From NCBI RefSeq assembly GCF_009914755.1, contig NC_060926.1: DNA of 64,000 nucleotides; one strand, given 5' to 3'. The DNA comes from the human T2T-CHM13v2.0 reference genome, Homo sapiens. Both the position numbers and the translations under genes were made by a program. The notes beneath the pieces were generated by a model. That model had not been told where the DNA came from. It searched no databases and saw nothing but the letters and a program-made list of their open reading frames with translations. Positions 1-13,512 of the stretch are shown here, one piece after another (within the stretch, counting starts at the first letter, position 1; the number at the start of each line of letters is the position of its first letter).

Positions 1-196
1 GGGATAAAATACTAACCTTGAGCCACACAAATCTGAATGAAAAGGCAGATCATGGAGGTTTGAGGCACGGACATTCTTGCCCTGAAGTTTCAGAGCATCA
101 CAAATTTTCCTAGTTTCCTTTTCATAGAATATTATTCTGACTTGGTTCCCTTATCATACATTGAGAGCTCCAAAGGACATTTGCTCCTTTCTGCAG

Positions 197-292
197 TGAT
201 AGGACAAGACCACGACTTTTCAGAATCCAGTGAGGAGGAGGCGCCCGCAGAAGCCTCGAGCGGGGCACTGAGAAGCAAGCATGGTGAGAAGG
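197..292 (+). CDS. SP100: SP100 internal exon (VIGQDHDFSESSEEEAPAEASSGALRSKHGEK)
   Basis: ctgcag acceptor and gtaag donor; 96 nt, phase 1-1; peptide recognised as SP100 and joins in frame to the next exon. Confidence 0.95.
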
Positions 293-509
293 GTAAGAAC
301 AGCTCCCTTGACTTCAGGGCTCTGACTTCAGAGCACCTCTTCCCTGATGCACTGTGCTCTGAGCACACACAACAGCTATCCAGGAGCCAGTTCTCTGCAT
401 CTACCTCATCTGGCCATTTTGAAAAATGCAAAGAAAGAAGTCACTCTAAATTCAGGCTTAACAAGATGGTTGTGGTTGAGTGGCAGTGGCCTGTTTACTA
501 CATACTGCC

Positions 510-854
510 TGTATTAGTCCATTTTCATGTTGCTGATAAAGACATACCTGAGACTGGGTAATTTACAAAAGAAAGAGGTGTAATGGACTTACAGTTCCAC
601 ATGGCTGGGGAGGCCTCACAATCATGGCAGAAGGTGAAAGGCACGTCTCACATGGTGGCAGACAAGAGAAGAGAGCTTCTGCTGGGAAACTCCCCCTTAT
701 ATAACCATTCAGATCTTGTAAGACTTATTCACTATCACAAGAACAGCACAGGAAAGATCTCTCCCCATGATTCAATTACGTGCCACCAGGCCCCTCCCAC
801 AACACATGGGAATTCAAGATGAGATTTGGGTGAGGACACAGCCAAACCATATCA
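510..854. mobile_element. THE1-type MaLR solo LTR
   Basis: Ends tgtattagtcc...ccatatca, typical THE1 body, 5-bp TSD ctgcc at 505-509 and 855-859. Confidence 0.9.
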
Positions 855-1599
855 CTGCCAGACCTATTAACTCCAAAGTATTGGATTTATGTAGTGATTT
901 CTACTTCTGCTCATTCTCTGTTTTGTAAAGAAAAGAAAGTACACTAGTCTGTTATTGCCTGATTTTGTCACCAACTTGTTCAAAATTCCAAAGCTTCTGG
1001 TCATACTCTCTAGTTATTGACAGAAAGAAAGCCTCCTGTTTCTTACCATCAGATTCAATTCATAGCTTTTGACAGATGGCCCCCAACATGAAATTGGCCA
1101 AATAGTGATATTTGAAAATATATTTACAAATAAGATCTACTTGCATCTTTACAACAACCTAAAAGGTGGGTGAGATAACTATTGTTCCCCCCATTTGACA
1201 GATGGGGAAACTAAGGCACACTTAAGGATCTTTTTTCTTTGCACATCACATATGGAAAGTTATAGGAGGAGACAAGACTAACAACCCAAACTCTTAATAA
1301 ACATTCATAATCCTCTATAAAACCTTCAAAGCCAGATGTACTTCAAAGTTCAAAAAATGTTTTATTATTTTAGAAAGACAATGTGGTTTATATTCTATAT
1401 ACAACAAAATACCCTAGTAGGATCCAGGGAAGAATCCCATTCTCAAATATACTAATGTTTATACAGCAAATTATATAAATATTCACACCAAATATGATAA
1501 GATTTTACACGGACTCATGGCAACTCAAGTCCAGATTCACTGCCAAATTAGTTAGCTGCAAACCTATGAAAACAATACTGGTTATTAAAATATCTTTGA

Positions 1600-1920
<321 letters not shown>

Positions 1921-2120
1921 TCATTGATTTTGCAATTAGGGCTAAAGGATTGTGGGTCTGTGCTCCATTTGATAGTAATCTCTTTCCCTTAGATGGGAAG
2001 AGACAGAAATGATCCTCATAGAATATTTATAGTCCAAATTCTGTCAACAGTGTAAGCAGTCATAAGATTTATAGATCTTTTAGTTAGATATTATTGATTT
2101 GGTTTTCCTTTACTTTCTAG

Positions 2121-2174
2121 CTCCTATGACTTCTAGAAGTACATCTACTTGGAGAATACCCAGCAGGAAGAGAC
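2121..2174 (+). CDS. SP100: SP100 exon (APMTSRSTSTWRIPSRKR), basic NLS region
   Basis: ttctag acceptor and gtaag donor; 54 nt, phase 1-1. Confidence 0.95.
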
Positions 2175-3092
2175 GTAAGAGCAATTAAAAACTCTTGATG
2201 TAACAAATGTCTTTATTTGCTGCAAAAGCTACATTCACTTTTTATGTTATATCCTTTAAAATAAAAAATTAATTTGTTGGGATTTTAGATGATTTGCATT
2301 TTACATTTTCAATTAGATGAGTTGGGCTGGTATAAAACATAAGCCTCAAAATGTTCAAAGGCACAAGTGCAACATAAGTTTATTTTTCACTCACATAAAT
2401 AGGATAAAGTAGTTCCTGAGTAGAGGGGGTGCCCACACAGTCATTCAGGGCCCAGCTGATGGGGGCTCTGACATCTTTAAGATGTTGCTTCCATGGTTCC
2501 CTTGGATAAGAAACTGAGATGGAAGCAGAAGTATGTGCAAACTAATAATGAAAGCCTAAGAAGCGTAAGAAACAACGTTGTCCTAGGATTGTATTCAGAA
2601 AAGATTGAACATTATGTATGTTCCTTTTATTTGATTATGCATGAATGAGATAGGAGAAAACGATGGAAGGATCCACACTGATCTGTTGACTTCACTAGCT
2701 GGGAGACCAGAGACAGAATAGGGTAGGAAAAGAGAGCTTTGGGGTTATATACATTTGCATTCATTGGTCTTCTTATGACAAGCATATATTGCTTTCTTAA
2801 TTTGAAACCACCCAATGAAATGGATGATTTATAATAAATACATATTTTTCCCAAAGTTAAAAAAAAAAAAGAAGAAGAAACAATGTCATCCCCAGCCCCA
2901 GCCTCAGAGAGGGCTCCTGGAGCAATCTTGACCAACAGGTCAGATGATCAAAGCCAAAGGGTGGCCTAGTGGTGGGACTATTTCTCCCCCTCCTCCACAA
3001 GCTTCTCTTGTTCAGTTTTGCTTTTAAAGAATTCCCTGCTGATTCCTAAGACTCAGACTAAGACTGTTAAGGAATTTTATTTTTTTCTGCAG

Positions 3093-3176
3093 GTTTCAGC
3101 AGTAGTGACTTTTCAGACCTGAGTAATGGAGAAGAGCTTCAGGAAACCTGCAGCTCATCCCTAAGAAGAGGGTCAG
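3093..3176 (+). CDS. SP100: SP100 exon (RFSSSDFSDLSNGEELQETCSSSLRRGS); read-through to TAG at 3188-3190 gives the SP100-A end GKED*
   Basis: ttctgcag acceptor and gtaaag donor; 84 nt; read-through reads GGT AAA GAA GAT TAG. Confidence 0.95.
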
Positions 3177-3416
3177 GTAAAGAAGATTAGGATGCCAAGA
3201 CTTGGCCTGCAGAATGTCAGGAATGTGAATTAAAAGCTGCTGTTTCCAGACGCTTTTTATTCTGAGCACCTTCACTACCTTGTATCCAGTTCATCTGGGA
3301 ACTCCTTTTTGCATTTTAGAAAATGGAAAGAGGCAGGAAATTATGATAAACTCATGTTTAACAGAAAGAGTTTCACTGACTAAATGTATGTAATTATATT
3401 TTGTTGTTGTAGAAGA

Positions 3417-3625
3417 AATAAATAGCAAATTTGTGGTATTCTTTTTTTTAAACCTGCTCTCATTCCTATTAACACTAAGATCTTAGATTTTTATAGTGAT
3501 AAATGGGTTGACATCATTGTCATTTGTAATTGTAAAGCCTCAAAAGACAACTGTTCCTACTATGTAATTATAGACAGAAATAAAAACTTCAGATCAAACA
3601 CTCTCAAACGTTAGTATAGTTTTTG
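3417..3625 (+). terminator. SP100: SP100-A intronic polyadenylation region
   Basis: AATAAA at 3417-3422 and 3579-3584, with a GT/T-rich element after the second. Confidence 0.7.
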
Positions 3626-5224
3626 GTAGATGTCCTTCATCATGTAATTGGATTATATTGTGTTATTTCAATGTCTTTTGGCAAATAATATCTTATTTTG
3701 TCATCACAAAATTTTTAAGACATAGGCAGGCTAACTATACCCATTTTGGGGTGAGGAAATAGATGTACAGAAGTATTAGGGCCAAAAAACTAAAGAAACA
3801 ATAGAAACTAGCAACCCAGGTGTCTCACGGTGGGTGACTGTTGTATGTAACAGACAGGAGGATAAGAGCTGTGTCATTTAAGTCAAAGTCCAAAGAAGAT
3901 GCGCAAGGAACTCAGAATATTCACAGGAGACTATACCAGTGCCTGATGCAAGAAAGCTTATTTAACAACCACTGTGTGTGTGTGTGTGTGTACACATGCA
4001 TATATTTGTTACATATAACATGTATACATACATAAACACACACATATGTGTGTGTATATATGTATATTGGTTAATACATATAATCTTTAGGGGGAGGGAA
4101 AAATAAAAATCGCAAACAGACAGAGATAATAGGAATGGAACCAGCTATATAATATACAAAATACCTAGAAAGACAGAAGCAAAATAGATAAACATAGAAA
4201 TAAAGGAGAACAGAACATCATTGATGGAAACAGAAAAAGCAACACAGGAGACAAGATAAATCAAAGGGAGATGAGCTCACCGAATCAAAGAGACAGAGAC
4301 AAAAATGTATAGCAGCAGGGCAATGGGCAGAAAAATGAGAAGTGAGAAGGAGAACGAAGTGTGGCCAGATAGAGTAGGGCTATGAGGTGTACTCATTGAT
4401 ATAGGTGTATTTTTTTGTCAGTCCGTTTAAGCTCTGAAAATAGTTCAGCATGACCACATTGAGACAGGTTCCCTGGTTTCCTCGTCACTGTCTATAGTCT
4501 ATTATTTCCTTGTTTGTCTTCATTGTCCTGTGAATTTAGAGCTCCTCCAATGAATACACAAAGAGAGTCAGAAGAGATGCAGCCCATTAGCTTGTGATGG
4601 AGAAGCCGATTATGATGTTCAGTTCATTATTAATTATCTTTTTTTTCCTACTTGCATGGAGGAAAAGTTCTTTTTTCTTTTCCTTACCTCTCCCCCAAAA
4701 CATATGCACACACACATACACACCACACACACAAAGACTTGTGCACAGACTCGGGCTGCTTGCGACAGGTTTGAGGGAGCGAAAAGAAAAAGAAGAGCTG
4801 GGCTCCTGAATGGAGGGAGGAGACACTGAGTGGATAAAGTAAGGAGAAAGAATGGAGAAAGGTAGGCTAGAGTCACCAAATGAAAAGATATAAGAGTCAG
4901 CTTCAAGTTTTTCTAAGTGGACAAGGAATTCAAATATTCCAGGTAGGGGAATTTTGTGGGGGAGGGAGGGATAATTTTCAACACACTTCTCAGAAATTGT
5001 ACCAGAAACGTGAAAATAAAGTTGCTGATTGATTGACAGCCTTGCAAGGTAGAAAGCTCATAAAGAACAGACAAAGGTAATAGAGATGGCTATGTGGTCA
5101 GTGTCCTAACAGCAGGCATTTGGTGATGAAAGTAATAACCTGTGAGATAAAGATGAATATAGATGAAGAAAATGTGGATAAAGACAAAGATTGAAATTGC
5201 AAAAAGAGTCAAGATCAAGATAAG

Positions 5225-5530
5225 GGCCAGGCGCAGTGACTCATGCCTGTAATCCCAGCACTTTGGGAGGCCGAGGTGGGCGGATCACGAGGTCAGGAGA
5301 TCAAGACCATCCTGGCTAAAACGGTGAAACCCCATCTCTACTAAAAACAAAAAAAATTAGCCAGGCATGGTGGCAGGCAGCTGTAGCTCCAGCTACTCAG
5401 GAGGCTGAGGCAGGAGAATGGCGTGAACCTTGGAGGCAGGTCTTGCAGTGAACCAAGATCGCACCACTGCACTCCAGCCTGGGCGATCGAGCAAGACTCC
5501 GTCTCAAAAAAAAAAAAAAAAAAAAAAAAA
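5225..5530 (+). mobile_element. Alu (Y-like)
   Basis: Full dimer, gatcacgaggtcaggagatc signature, long A tail. Confidence 0.9.
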
Positions 5531-6401
5531 GTCAAGACAAGATTCAGAGAAACAAGCTAGAAGAGAGAATAGAAGGAGGAAGTGATAGTAGAAAGAAGTT
5601 CACCTCAATAATAAAACTAGATCTAAAGATATAAACAGAAAAACAGGTGGAATGAGATACATTCAAAGGGTGATGAGTGGTGTAAAAAATTAGGTACAAC
5701 AAGAAGTATGTAGAGAAAGAATTAAAAGATGAGAGAAAAATGGAGGCAAGAAGGGGGAAGTGTAAATGGGAGAGAAGAGAATGATGGAGAAATTGTAGGA
5801 TCTGAAATGACCATGAGATAAAAGCAACTTTAGCACAAGGCATGATTCACAATAGCAGTAAGTTTTCAGAATAAGGTGTCCCCTGGCCCCTCTGACTCAC
5901 CCAGATTAAAAAAGGCCTCACCCAGGCATTTCATCCACTCCTGTGATTTCAGTCACCACCCACAACCTCATGATTCCTACATGTGTATCTCCAGCCAGCC
6001 CTGTCTTCTAAACTCATTCATCCAAGTGTCAGAAGGCTCCTGTTGGAGATTCTGAAGGCCTTAGACTTCACCACTTGGATGTTACTCAAGACCTTCAAAC
6101 TTAACACCTCCAAAACTGAGCACATCATCTTTTTCCCTAAAACCAGCCTTTGCTCCTCCAGTGTTCTTCATCACTGAAACAAACTATTAATTGACCCTTT
6201 ATTTCAAGATGAAATTCTCAGGGTTATTTATGAACAGAAGGGAAAAATACAGTGAGGAACCACAAAAGAAAAAGAGATTTCAGATGTAGAGCCCATCCCT
6301 TAATTTAGCTGTGGGGAGTGGGCAGTCACTAATGTTGGGGGGAAGGAGAATCTTTGAAGGGGAGTGGGCACAAATAAAAATGTTTACAAATCACAATTTA
6401 G

Positions 6402-6518
6402 GATCACAGCCACAAGAACCTGAAAATAAGAAGTGCTCCTGTGTCATGTGTTTTCCAAAAGGTGTGCCAAGAAGCCAAGAAGCAAGGACTGAAAGTAGTC
6501 AAGCATCTGACATGATGG
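6402..6518 (+). CDS. SP100: SP100 exon of long isoforms (GSQPQEPENKKCSCVMCFPKGVPRSQEARTESSQASDMM)
   Basis: atttag acceptor and gtaagg donor; 117 nt, phase 1-1. Confidence 0.93.
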
Positions 6519-7471
6519 GTAAGGCTACCCTAGGGTCTTGGGATGGAAGTGGCTCAGTGGATATCACAGACACTGGGTAGGGATGTGGGAAGTGATCAGA
6601 GTTGAAGCAAAGCATGAAACAGCCTCTGGATCACCAACAGGAAGTGGGCCCACAGGCCCCAAGCTTCAGAATTTCAAAAGTCTGAAATCATAGTCCCGGT
6701 TTCCTGCTGCACTTGACTGTGAGCAGACTGTGACAAAGAACAGGTTTGGTGCCGCCAGAATCCTGTTCTCTACATTTGCTTAACCCGACCCTTTTGGGAA
6801 CTGCAGGGAGGCAAGAGATCATTATAAAGCCATATTTAACAGAATGGGCTCTCTTGGTTAGGTGGTAAAAAAATACACTGGTAAACATAGTAGTATCTCA
6901 CTATATTAGCATATCAATAGTAAAGTGTTGAATTTATAAAGCGAGTTCCATCCTTGTTCTTGAAAAAAAAAAAAAGAAAACATGTTCTTCCACTCACAGG
7001 TAATAGTGTCATTTTGTCACAACTTTGGAAAGGCCTAAAAAGACAAATAGTCCTGCTACCTGTCAGGAAAGAAAAATCAGATACCTACTCTTATGCTAAA
7101 AATACATTGTTTTGAAAGATATCCTCTGGACTGTTATTGATTTATATAGTGATTTCCTATTAACTCTTGCAAGTAAGATATTTAATATTCATAAAAATTT
7201 TAAAGCTGAACAGGATAACCGTTGCTGTCCCTGTTTCATAAATGAGGAAATTGGTGCATAAAAGTAATGAAGAGCTGTTTCAAAGTCTCAGAGAACTAGA
7301 CGAAGACCTTAGACATCAATTCAGTGTCTGTTTCCTTTGGAAGGAAGACAGATAAATTATACTCAGAATATTGTTATAAACGCAAGCCTTCCATGCAGTG
7401 TGAATTGTCATAAGATTTATAAATTTTACTTATAAATTACAGTTCTCTGACCACTACCTGTCACTTTCTAG

Positions 7472-7525
7472 ATACCATGGATGTTGAAAACAATTCTACT
7501 TTGGAAAAACACAGTGGGAAAAGAA
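7472..7525 (+). CDS. SP100: SP100 exon (DTMDVENNSTLEKHSGKR)
   Basis: ttctag acceptor and gtaag donor; 54 nt, phase 1-1. Confidence 0.93.
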
Positions 7526-7601
7526 GTAAGAACAAATAAGAATTTACTTAATTTTTATGTTACAAATGAACTATTTTTTAATGCTAAGGTTTATTATCAT
7601 C

Positions 7602-9505
7602 ATTTTCTTTTTTCAACTTTTATTATAGATTAAAGGGTGCATTTGCAGGTTTGTTACATGGGTAAATTGTGTGATGCTGAGGCTTGGTGTCCCAAAAATC
7701 CCATCACCCAGGCAGTAAGCATAGTACCCAACAGATGGTTCTTCAGCCCATGCCACCCTCTCCCCCTGCCCCATCTAGTGGTCCCCAGTGTCTCTTGTTC
7801 TCATCTTCACATTTATGTGTATTCGATGTTTAGCTTCCACTTGTAAGTAAGAACATGCAGTATTTGGTTTTCTGTTCTTGCATTAAGTTGCTTAGGATAA
7901 TGGCCTCCGCTCCATCCATGTTGCTGCGAAGGGTGTGATTTCATTCTTTTTATGGCTGCATAGTATTTCATGGTGTATATGTGTGCCACATTTTCTTTAT
8001 CCAATTCACTGTTGATGGGCAACTAGATTGGTTCCGTGTCTTTGCTTTTGTGAATAGCACTATAAGGAACATATGAGTGCGTGTATCTTTTTGATAGAAC
8101 AAGTTATTTTCCTTTGGGTATATACCTAAAGGTAGTGGGATTGCTGGGTAGAATGGCATTTCTGTCTTTAAGTCTTTGAGGAATTGCCACACTGTCTTCC
8201 ACAATGGTTGAACTAATTTTACCCTCCCACCAACAGTGTATGAGCATTCCTTTTCCTCCACAACCTCACCAGCATCTGTTATTTTCTTGACTTTTTAATA
8301 ATAGCCACTCTGAGTAGTGTGAGATGGTATCTCACTGTGATTCTGATTTGCATTTATCTGATGATTAGTAATGTTGGGCATTTTTTTCATGTTTGTTGAC
8401 CACTTGTATGTCTTCTTTTGAGAAGTGTCTGTTCATGTCCTTTGCCCATTTTTTAATTGGATTTTGTTTTTTGCTTGTTGATTTGTTTAAGTTCCTTGTA
8501 GATTCTGGATATCAGACCTTCGTTATATGCACAGTTTGCAAAAATTTTCTCCCATTCTGAAGGCTGTCTGTTTACTCTTTTGGTAATTTCTTTTGTTGTA
8601 CAGAAGCTATTTAGTTTAACTGGGTCCCACTTGTCAGTTTTTGTTTGAGTTGCAATTGCTTTTGGAGACTTAGCCATAAATTCTTTGCCAAAGCCTATGT
8701 CAGGAAGGGTATTTCCTAGGTTTATTCTAGGATTTTTATAGTTTTAGGTCTTACATTTAAATCTTTAATCCATCTTGAGTTAATTTTTGTATAGGATGAG
8801 AAGTATGGGTCCAGTTTCGTTTTTCTTCGTATGTCTAGCCAGTTATTCCAGCATCATTTATTGAATAGACAGTCCATTTCCCATTGCTTATTTTTGTTGA
8901 TTTTGTTGAAGATCAGATGGTTGTAAGTGAGCAGGTTTGTTTCTGAGTTCTCTGTTCTGTTCCACTGGTCTATGTGTCTGTTTTTGTACCAGTACCATGC
9001 CATTTTGATTACTGTAGCCTTATAGTATAGTTAGAAGTTGGGCAACGCGATGCCTCTAGCTTTGTTCTTTTTGTTTACAATTGCTTTGGCTATTCAGGCT
9101 CTTTTATGGTTCCAACTGAGTTTTAGAATAGATTTTTCTAATTCTGTGAAAAATGACGCTTTTATTTTAATAAGGATGGTGTTGAATCTATAAATTGATT
9201 TAAACAGTATAGTCATTCAAACTGTATTGATTCTTCCAATCCATGAGCATGGAATAATTTTCTATTTATTTGTGCTATCTCTGATTTCTTTCAGCAGTGT
9301 TTTGTACTTCTTCTTGTAGATATCTTTCACCTCCTTGGCTGGATGAATTCCTAGGGATCTCATTTTCTTTATGGCTATTGTAAATGGGACTGTGTTCTTC
9401 ATTTGATTCTCAGCTAGAACGTTTTTAGTGTATAAAGATGCTACTGATTTTTATGCATCGATTTTGTATTCTGAAACTTTACTAAATTTGTCAGTTCCAG
9501 GAGCA
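7602..9505 (-). mobile_element. 5'-truncated old primate L1 (ORF2 3' part and 3'UTR)
   Basis: Minus-strand ORF fragments with L1 ORF2 C-terminal peptides ([25 protein letters not shown]). Confidence 0.9.
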
Positions 9506-9929
9506 TTTTTTTCTACTCCTTTCATAAGATAAAACCTGAATGCCTTTTAAAGTAGCCATTTATTTTTTTCAAAATGCTCATGTTGCTTTATTCTGTCTTC
9601 ATCTTGCTTTTCATTCTGATTTGAAAATAGATGTTCTTGTGAACATTGGTGTCTATCTTTCCAGAATTTTACTATGCATGTATTAACACGTTTTGGAATA
9701 TAGTTTTATTTAAATGAGTAACTCTGTACACACTTGTCCTTTCTTGCTTTTTAAACTAATATACCTGGACAATAAAAACGTTTTAAATTGAAATATAAAA
9801 AGTCTTATTTCAGAGCTGCTTTAATGTGCATTGTTTTCATTTTTAGTGTCGTCAGGAATTTTTCATTTATTATCGGTCATTTCTTTTTCTTCTTCATAAA
9901 ACTCTTTGTCAGAGAATGCTCTGTGTTTC

Positions 9930-10242
9930 TTTGTTTTGTTTTGTTGTGTTTTTGTTTATTTTTGACGGAGTCTTGCACTGTTGCTCAGGCTGGAGCACAG
10001 TGGTGTGATCTCGGCTTACTGCAAGCTCTGCCTCCCAGGTTCACACCATTCTCCTGCCTCAGCCTCCCGAGTAGCTAGGATTACAGGTACCTGCCACCAC
10101 ACCCGGCTAATTTTTTGTACTTTTAGTAGAGTCGGTGTTTCACTGTGTTAGCCAGGATGGTCTCGATCTCCTGACCTTGTGATCTGCCTGCCTCGGCCTC
10201 CCAAAGTGCTGGGATTACAGGCATGAGCTACCACGCCCGGCC
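9930..10242 (-). mobile_element. Alu (Y-like)
   Basis: Antisense Alu dimer with T-rich tail. Confidence 0.9.
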
Positions 10243-10688
10243 CTCTCAGTGTTTTAAGTCATGGTGTTTTTCTTATTATTCTGAATGAATATAGAACTCT
10301 TAAATATTATATATATTAAATCTTGGTCATATACGTTGCTAGTATTTTGTCCATTTGTTGTTTTTCTTTTAGATTTGTTAAGGGAATCTTTTGTCCTAGA
10401 GAAGTTTTAAATTTTTATGTAGTCAAATTTGTCAGCCTTTTTCTGACTGGTTCTTGGGTTCCATATCATATTTACAACAGCTATTTCTTCCTCAATATTT
10501 TAAAAATATTGTTTTATATTTGATTCTAGAAGTTTGATATAACTGATCATTTTTAATGTTTACATATGTAATCTACAGGGGGTTTGCCTTTCTGTGTAAG
10601 TGAGGTGGGAATTTTAAAAATATTCTCCACACTATGGCATGGTGACATGGTGATTTGAATCACCACTTTGATTACACACTGCCTTTAC

Positions 10689-10843
10689 CTGTCTATATTC
10701 TATGTTCTTCTTTTGTAATTGAAGGCACTACAGAAAAGAAAGAAGAGCTCAGAGGTAGAACCATCCTGATGCTTCATTGGGGTGAATTTTAGAATGAGCT
10801 CAAGAAGATCTCTCCCAACTCCTTCCCAAGTCCATTGAAAGCT
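10689..10843 (-). pseudogene. Antisense pseudogene exon: phosphatase P-loop-like region (AFNGLGKELGEIFL / AHSKIHPNEASGWFYL*)
   Basis: tttctgatcag acceptor and gtaaag donor; resembles CDC14 KAGLGRTGTLIACYxMKHYxxTxxExIAW; one frameshift and stops. Confidence 0.5.
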
Positions 10844-10865
10844 CTGATCAGAAATGCATTGAACT

Positions 10866-11095
<230 letters not shown>

Positions 11096-11285
11096 TTATG
11101 TAATGTTCTTCCACTAAAAATTTTTTTGTACAATTCTGGCATTTTAAAAAAGTTTTATACATTGTATAAATTTATGTGTTGCTATGAATATCTTTTTTTC
11201 TATTACATAATAACTGGAGGGAATTTAAATGAGACAAGACTCTCAAAATCTTTATTTAAAAGGAAATCTGTAGTCAATTTATTAC

Positions 11286-11513
11286 CTACTTGCATATGAG
11301 AGAATCAGAATGCCACTTAGTTAATATAAAATTTTACAAGCATTTATAAGTTTAGGGATCCAGATGTCACTTAAAATATTATGGCCAGGCCCAAAAATTA
11401 TCAAATAAAACCATCGATCAGAATTACAGGTTTCTTTGGAAACTGGTTTCATGAGAAGTGGCAGTAATTTTCTATTTTGTGGGATTATTACAAGACCTCT
11501 TCAAATAGCTCTC
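11286..11513 (-). pseudogene. Antisense pseudogene exon (…WFYLIIFGPGHNILSDIWIPKLINACKILY*LSGILILSYASR)
   Basis: gtccttag acceptor and gtaata donor; ends in phase 2, matching the next exon; resembles CDC14 HYDLFFxDGSTPSDNIVRRFLNICE..GAIAVHC. Confidence 0.5.
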
Positions 11514-11763
11514 CTAAGGACAAGTTTATGTTAACATAGAACAGAACAAATCAGTAACGGTTATGAAAAGACACACTTCCATATTTTGCAAGAGAGTAAG
11601 ACTGATCTTCTTTTGAAATTTCTCAATTTAACACTTTGTCAAATCAGATTCTTTATGTTAGTCTTGTGGTGCAGAATGTCCTCTCTCCTTCCACAACTAT
11701 GGGTCGAGGGGCCTTTCCTTTCATCTCCTTCAGCAATTTCTTTTGTTAGTTATGAAGACTTAC

Positions 11764-11871
11764 ATTTTTAAAATCTGGTCAGTGGAATTCATTAGTTAGC
11801 CTTACAAGAAATGTAAGCCCGTGGAGCTCAATGTTACTGGGAAAAATAGAGGTGCCTGAAATGAATTTCAC
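11764..11871 (-). pseudogene. Antisense pseudogene exon (VKFISGTSIFPSNIELHGLTFLVRLTNEFH*PDFKN)
   Basis: Strong tttcactgtttttag acceptor and gtaagt donor; 108 nt, phase 0-0; resembles CDC14 HNVTAVVRLNKK. Confidence 0.6.
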
Positions 11872-11884
11872 CTAAAAACAGTGA

Positions 11885-12198
<314 letters not shown>

Positions 12199-12660
12199 TA
12201 GGATGCATATAGATTTTTCAACTACAGCTCTCCCACATTCTCCATTCTGAATGAGCTCCAGATCCCATATCATTTTATTTTCAGATTTCCTTTCTGTCTT
12301 GTCTTCACCTAAATACATAACGTGAAGTTAGTTCAGTATTTAGGTGAAGATGCTGATGGTGTCTTTCTTTTAACACTACATCTTGTGTAATATTTTATAG
12401 GCATTGCTACTGTTTATAGGCTAATTATTATTCCCAGCATCATTAAAATACTTTCTGCATTTTATTTTCTTTTATCTCAAAATACTGATGGCCTTTCTTT
12501 ATACCACTTCCATTTGCCAGACCTCATCCTATGGACCTCATCACGCTTCCCTTTTTATTGTTCTACTTATCTATTTCACACTCCCAACCCTCCCACAACT
12601 TTTCTTTCCTTGTAAATTAGACCACAGCTGTACTAAAGACTCAGTCTTCCTTCAGGGTAC

Positions 12661-12960
12661 CTGTTTTGGGTTAGGACGTACAAACAGGCTTCAAAACTGT
12701 CCATCACTATTGGAGTAAAATAGGAAATCCAGTGAAATGGAAGAAACAGCCAGATTTAAAGCGATCCCCCAACCAATAGTGTGGAAGGCTTCAGCACAGA
12801 TGCCAAGATTTTGAGAGATTTTGGCCAAGCCCATGCTCACAGTGAAGATGGTGGAATGTTTTTCGTTGGAGATGAAGTCACCATAGCTCAGTCTATAGGA
12901 CATGGCAAGACAATTCACAGTGACTCCCAGTTCCACAGGATAAGGCAGTGTGCTCAGAGC
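12661..12960 (-). pseudogene. Antisense pseudogene exon: class C GPCR TM5-TM7
   Basis: ttgcag acceptor and gtaccc donor; 300 nt, phase 0-0, one TGA; LPYPVELGVTVNCLAMSYRLSYGDFISNEKHSTIFTVSM...LAVSSISLDFLF...SLFVRPNP parallels the class C pattern LGYxxLLxxxCxxxAFKxRxxPENFNEAKxIxFSM...IILFKP. Confidence 0.7.
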
Positions 12961-13512
12961 CTGCAATAGTCTTTCTAGAGCATGATTTGGGCATCTTGAC
13001 CAATGAAGGACAGGATTCATGGCTTACTCTCTGACTTTTTGTCAGGCCTCTCCTCAAATGCTGACTTATGAGAAGTTCTTCCTGGCTCTTCTACATAAAA
13101 TAACACATCCTCCTCCCACACACACTTCTAGCCCCATTCACCACTCCCTGAAGTTCTTATTCTGGTTTACTTTTCCACAAAACACTCTGCCATCTTCTGT
13201 GTTTATTTCTTCATTGCTGTCTCCCCACTAGACCATAAGCTCTACGCCAGCAAGGACTTTGTTTTATTCACAACTGTATCCTCAGCATCTAGGATAGTGG
13301 GTTGATTCACAGTAAGTGCCCGATTAATAGTTATTGGATGAGTAATTTGCATGAATAAATTAATTCTACCAGCTTGTGAAAATCTAATCCAAATATATGA
13401 TTGTACAAAATATGTACTTAAAGCAAGCAAAGAAAAAACATTAAAAATAAAAGGATGGGTAAAGAAATGTCAAGACCTATAAATTAGAAGATCAGGGATT
13501 TTTCATTGCTTG

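Noticed and set aside
142-561. 139-aa ORF as an independent gene
   Set aside because: Only 197-292 is an SP100 exon; the rest is intron and THE1 read-through.
10700-10843. RGS-like reading (DLLELILKF...ELFFLFCSAFNYKR) in another frame
   Set aside because: Phase of the upstream donor and collinear motifs in three exons favour the phosphatase-like reading; not excluded without an HMM search.
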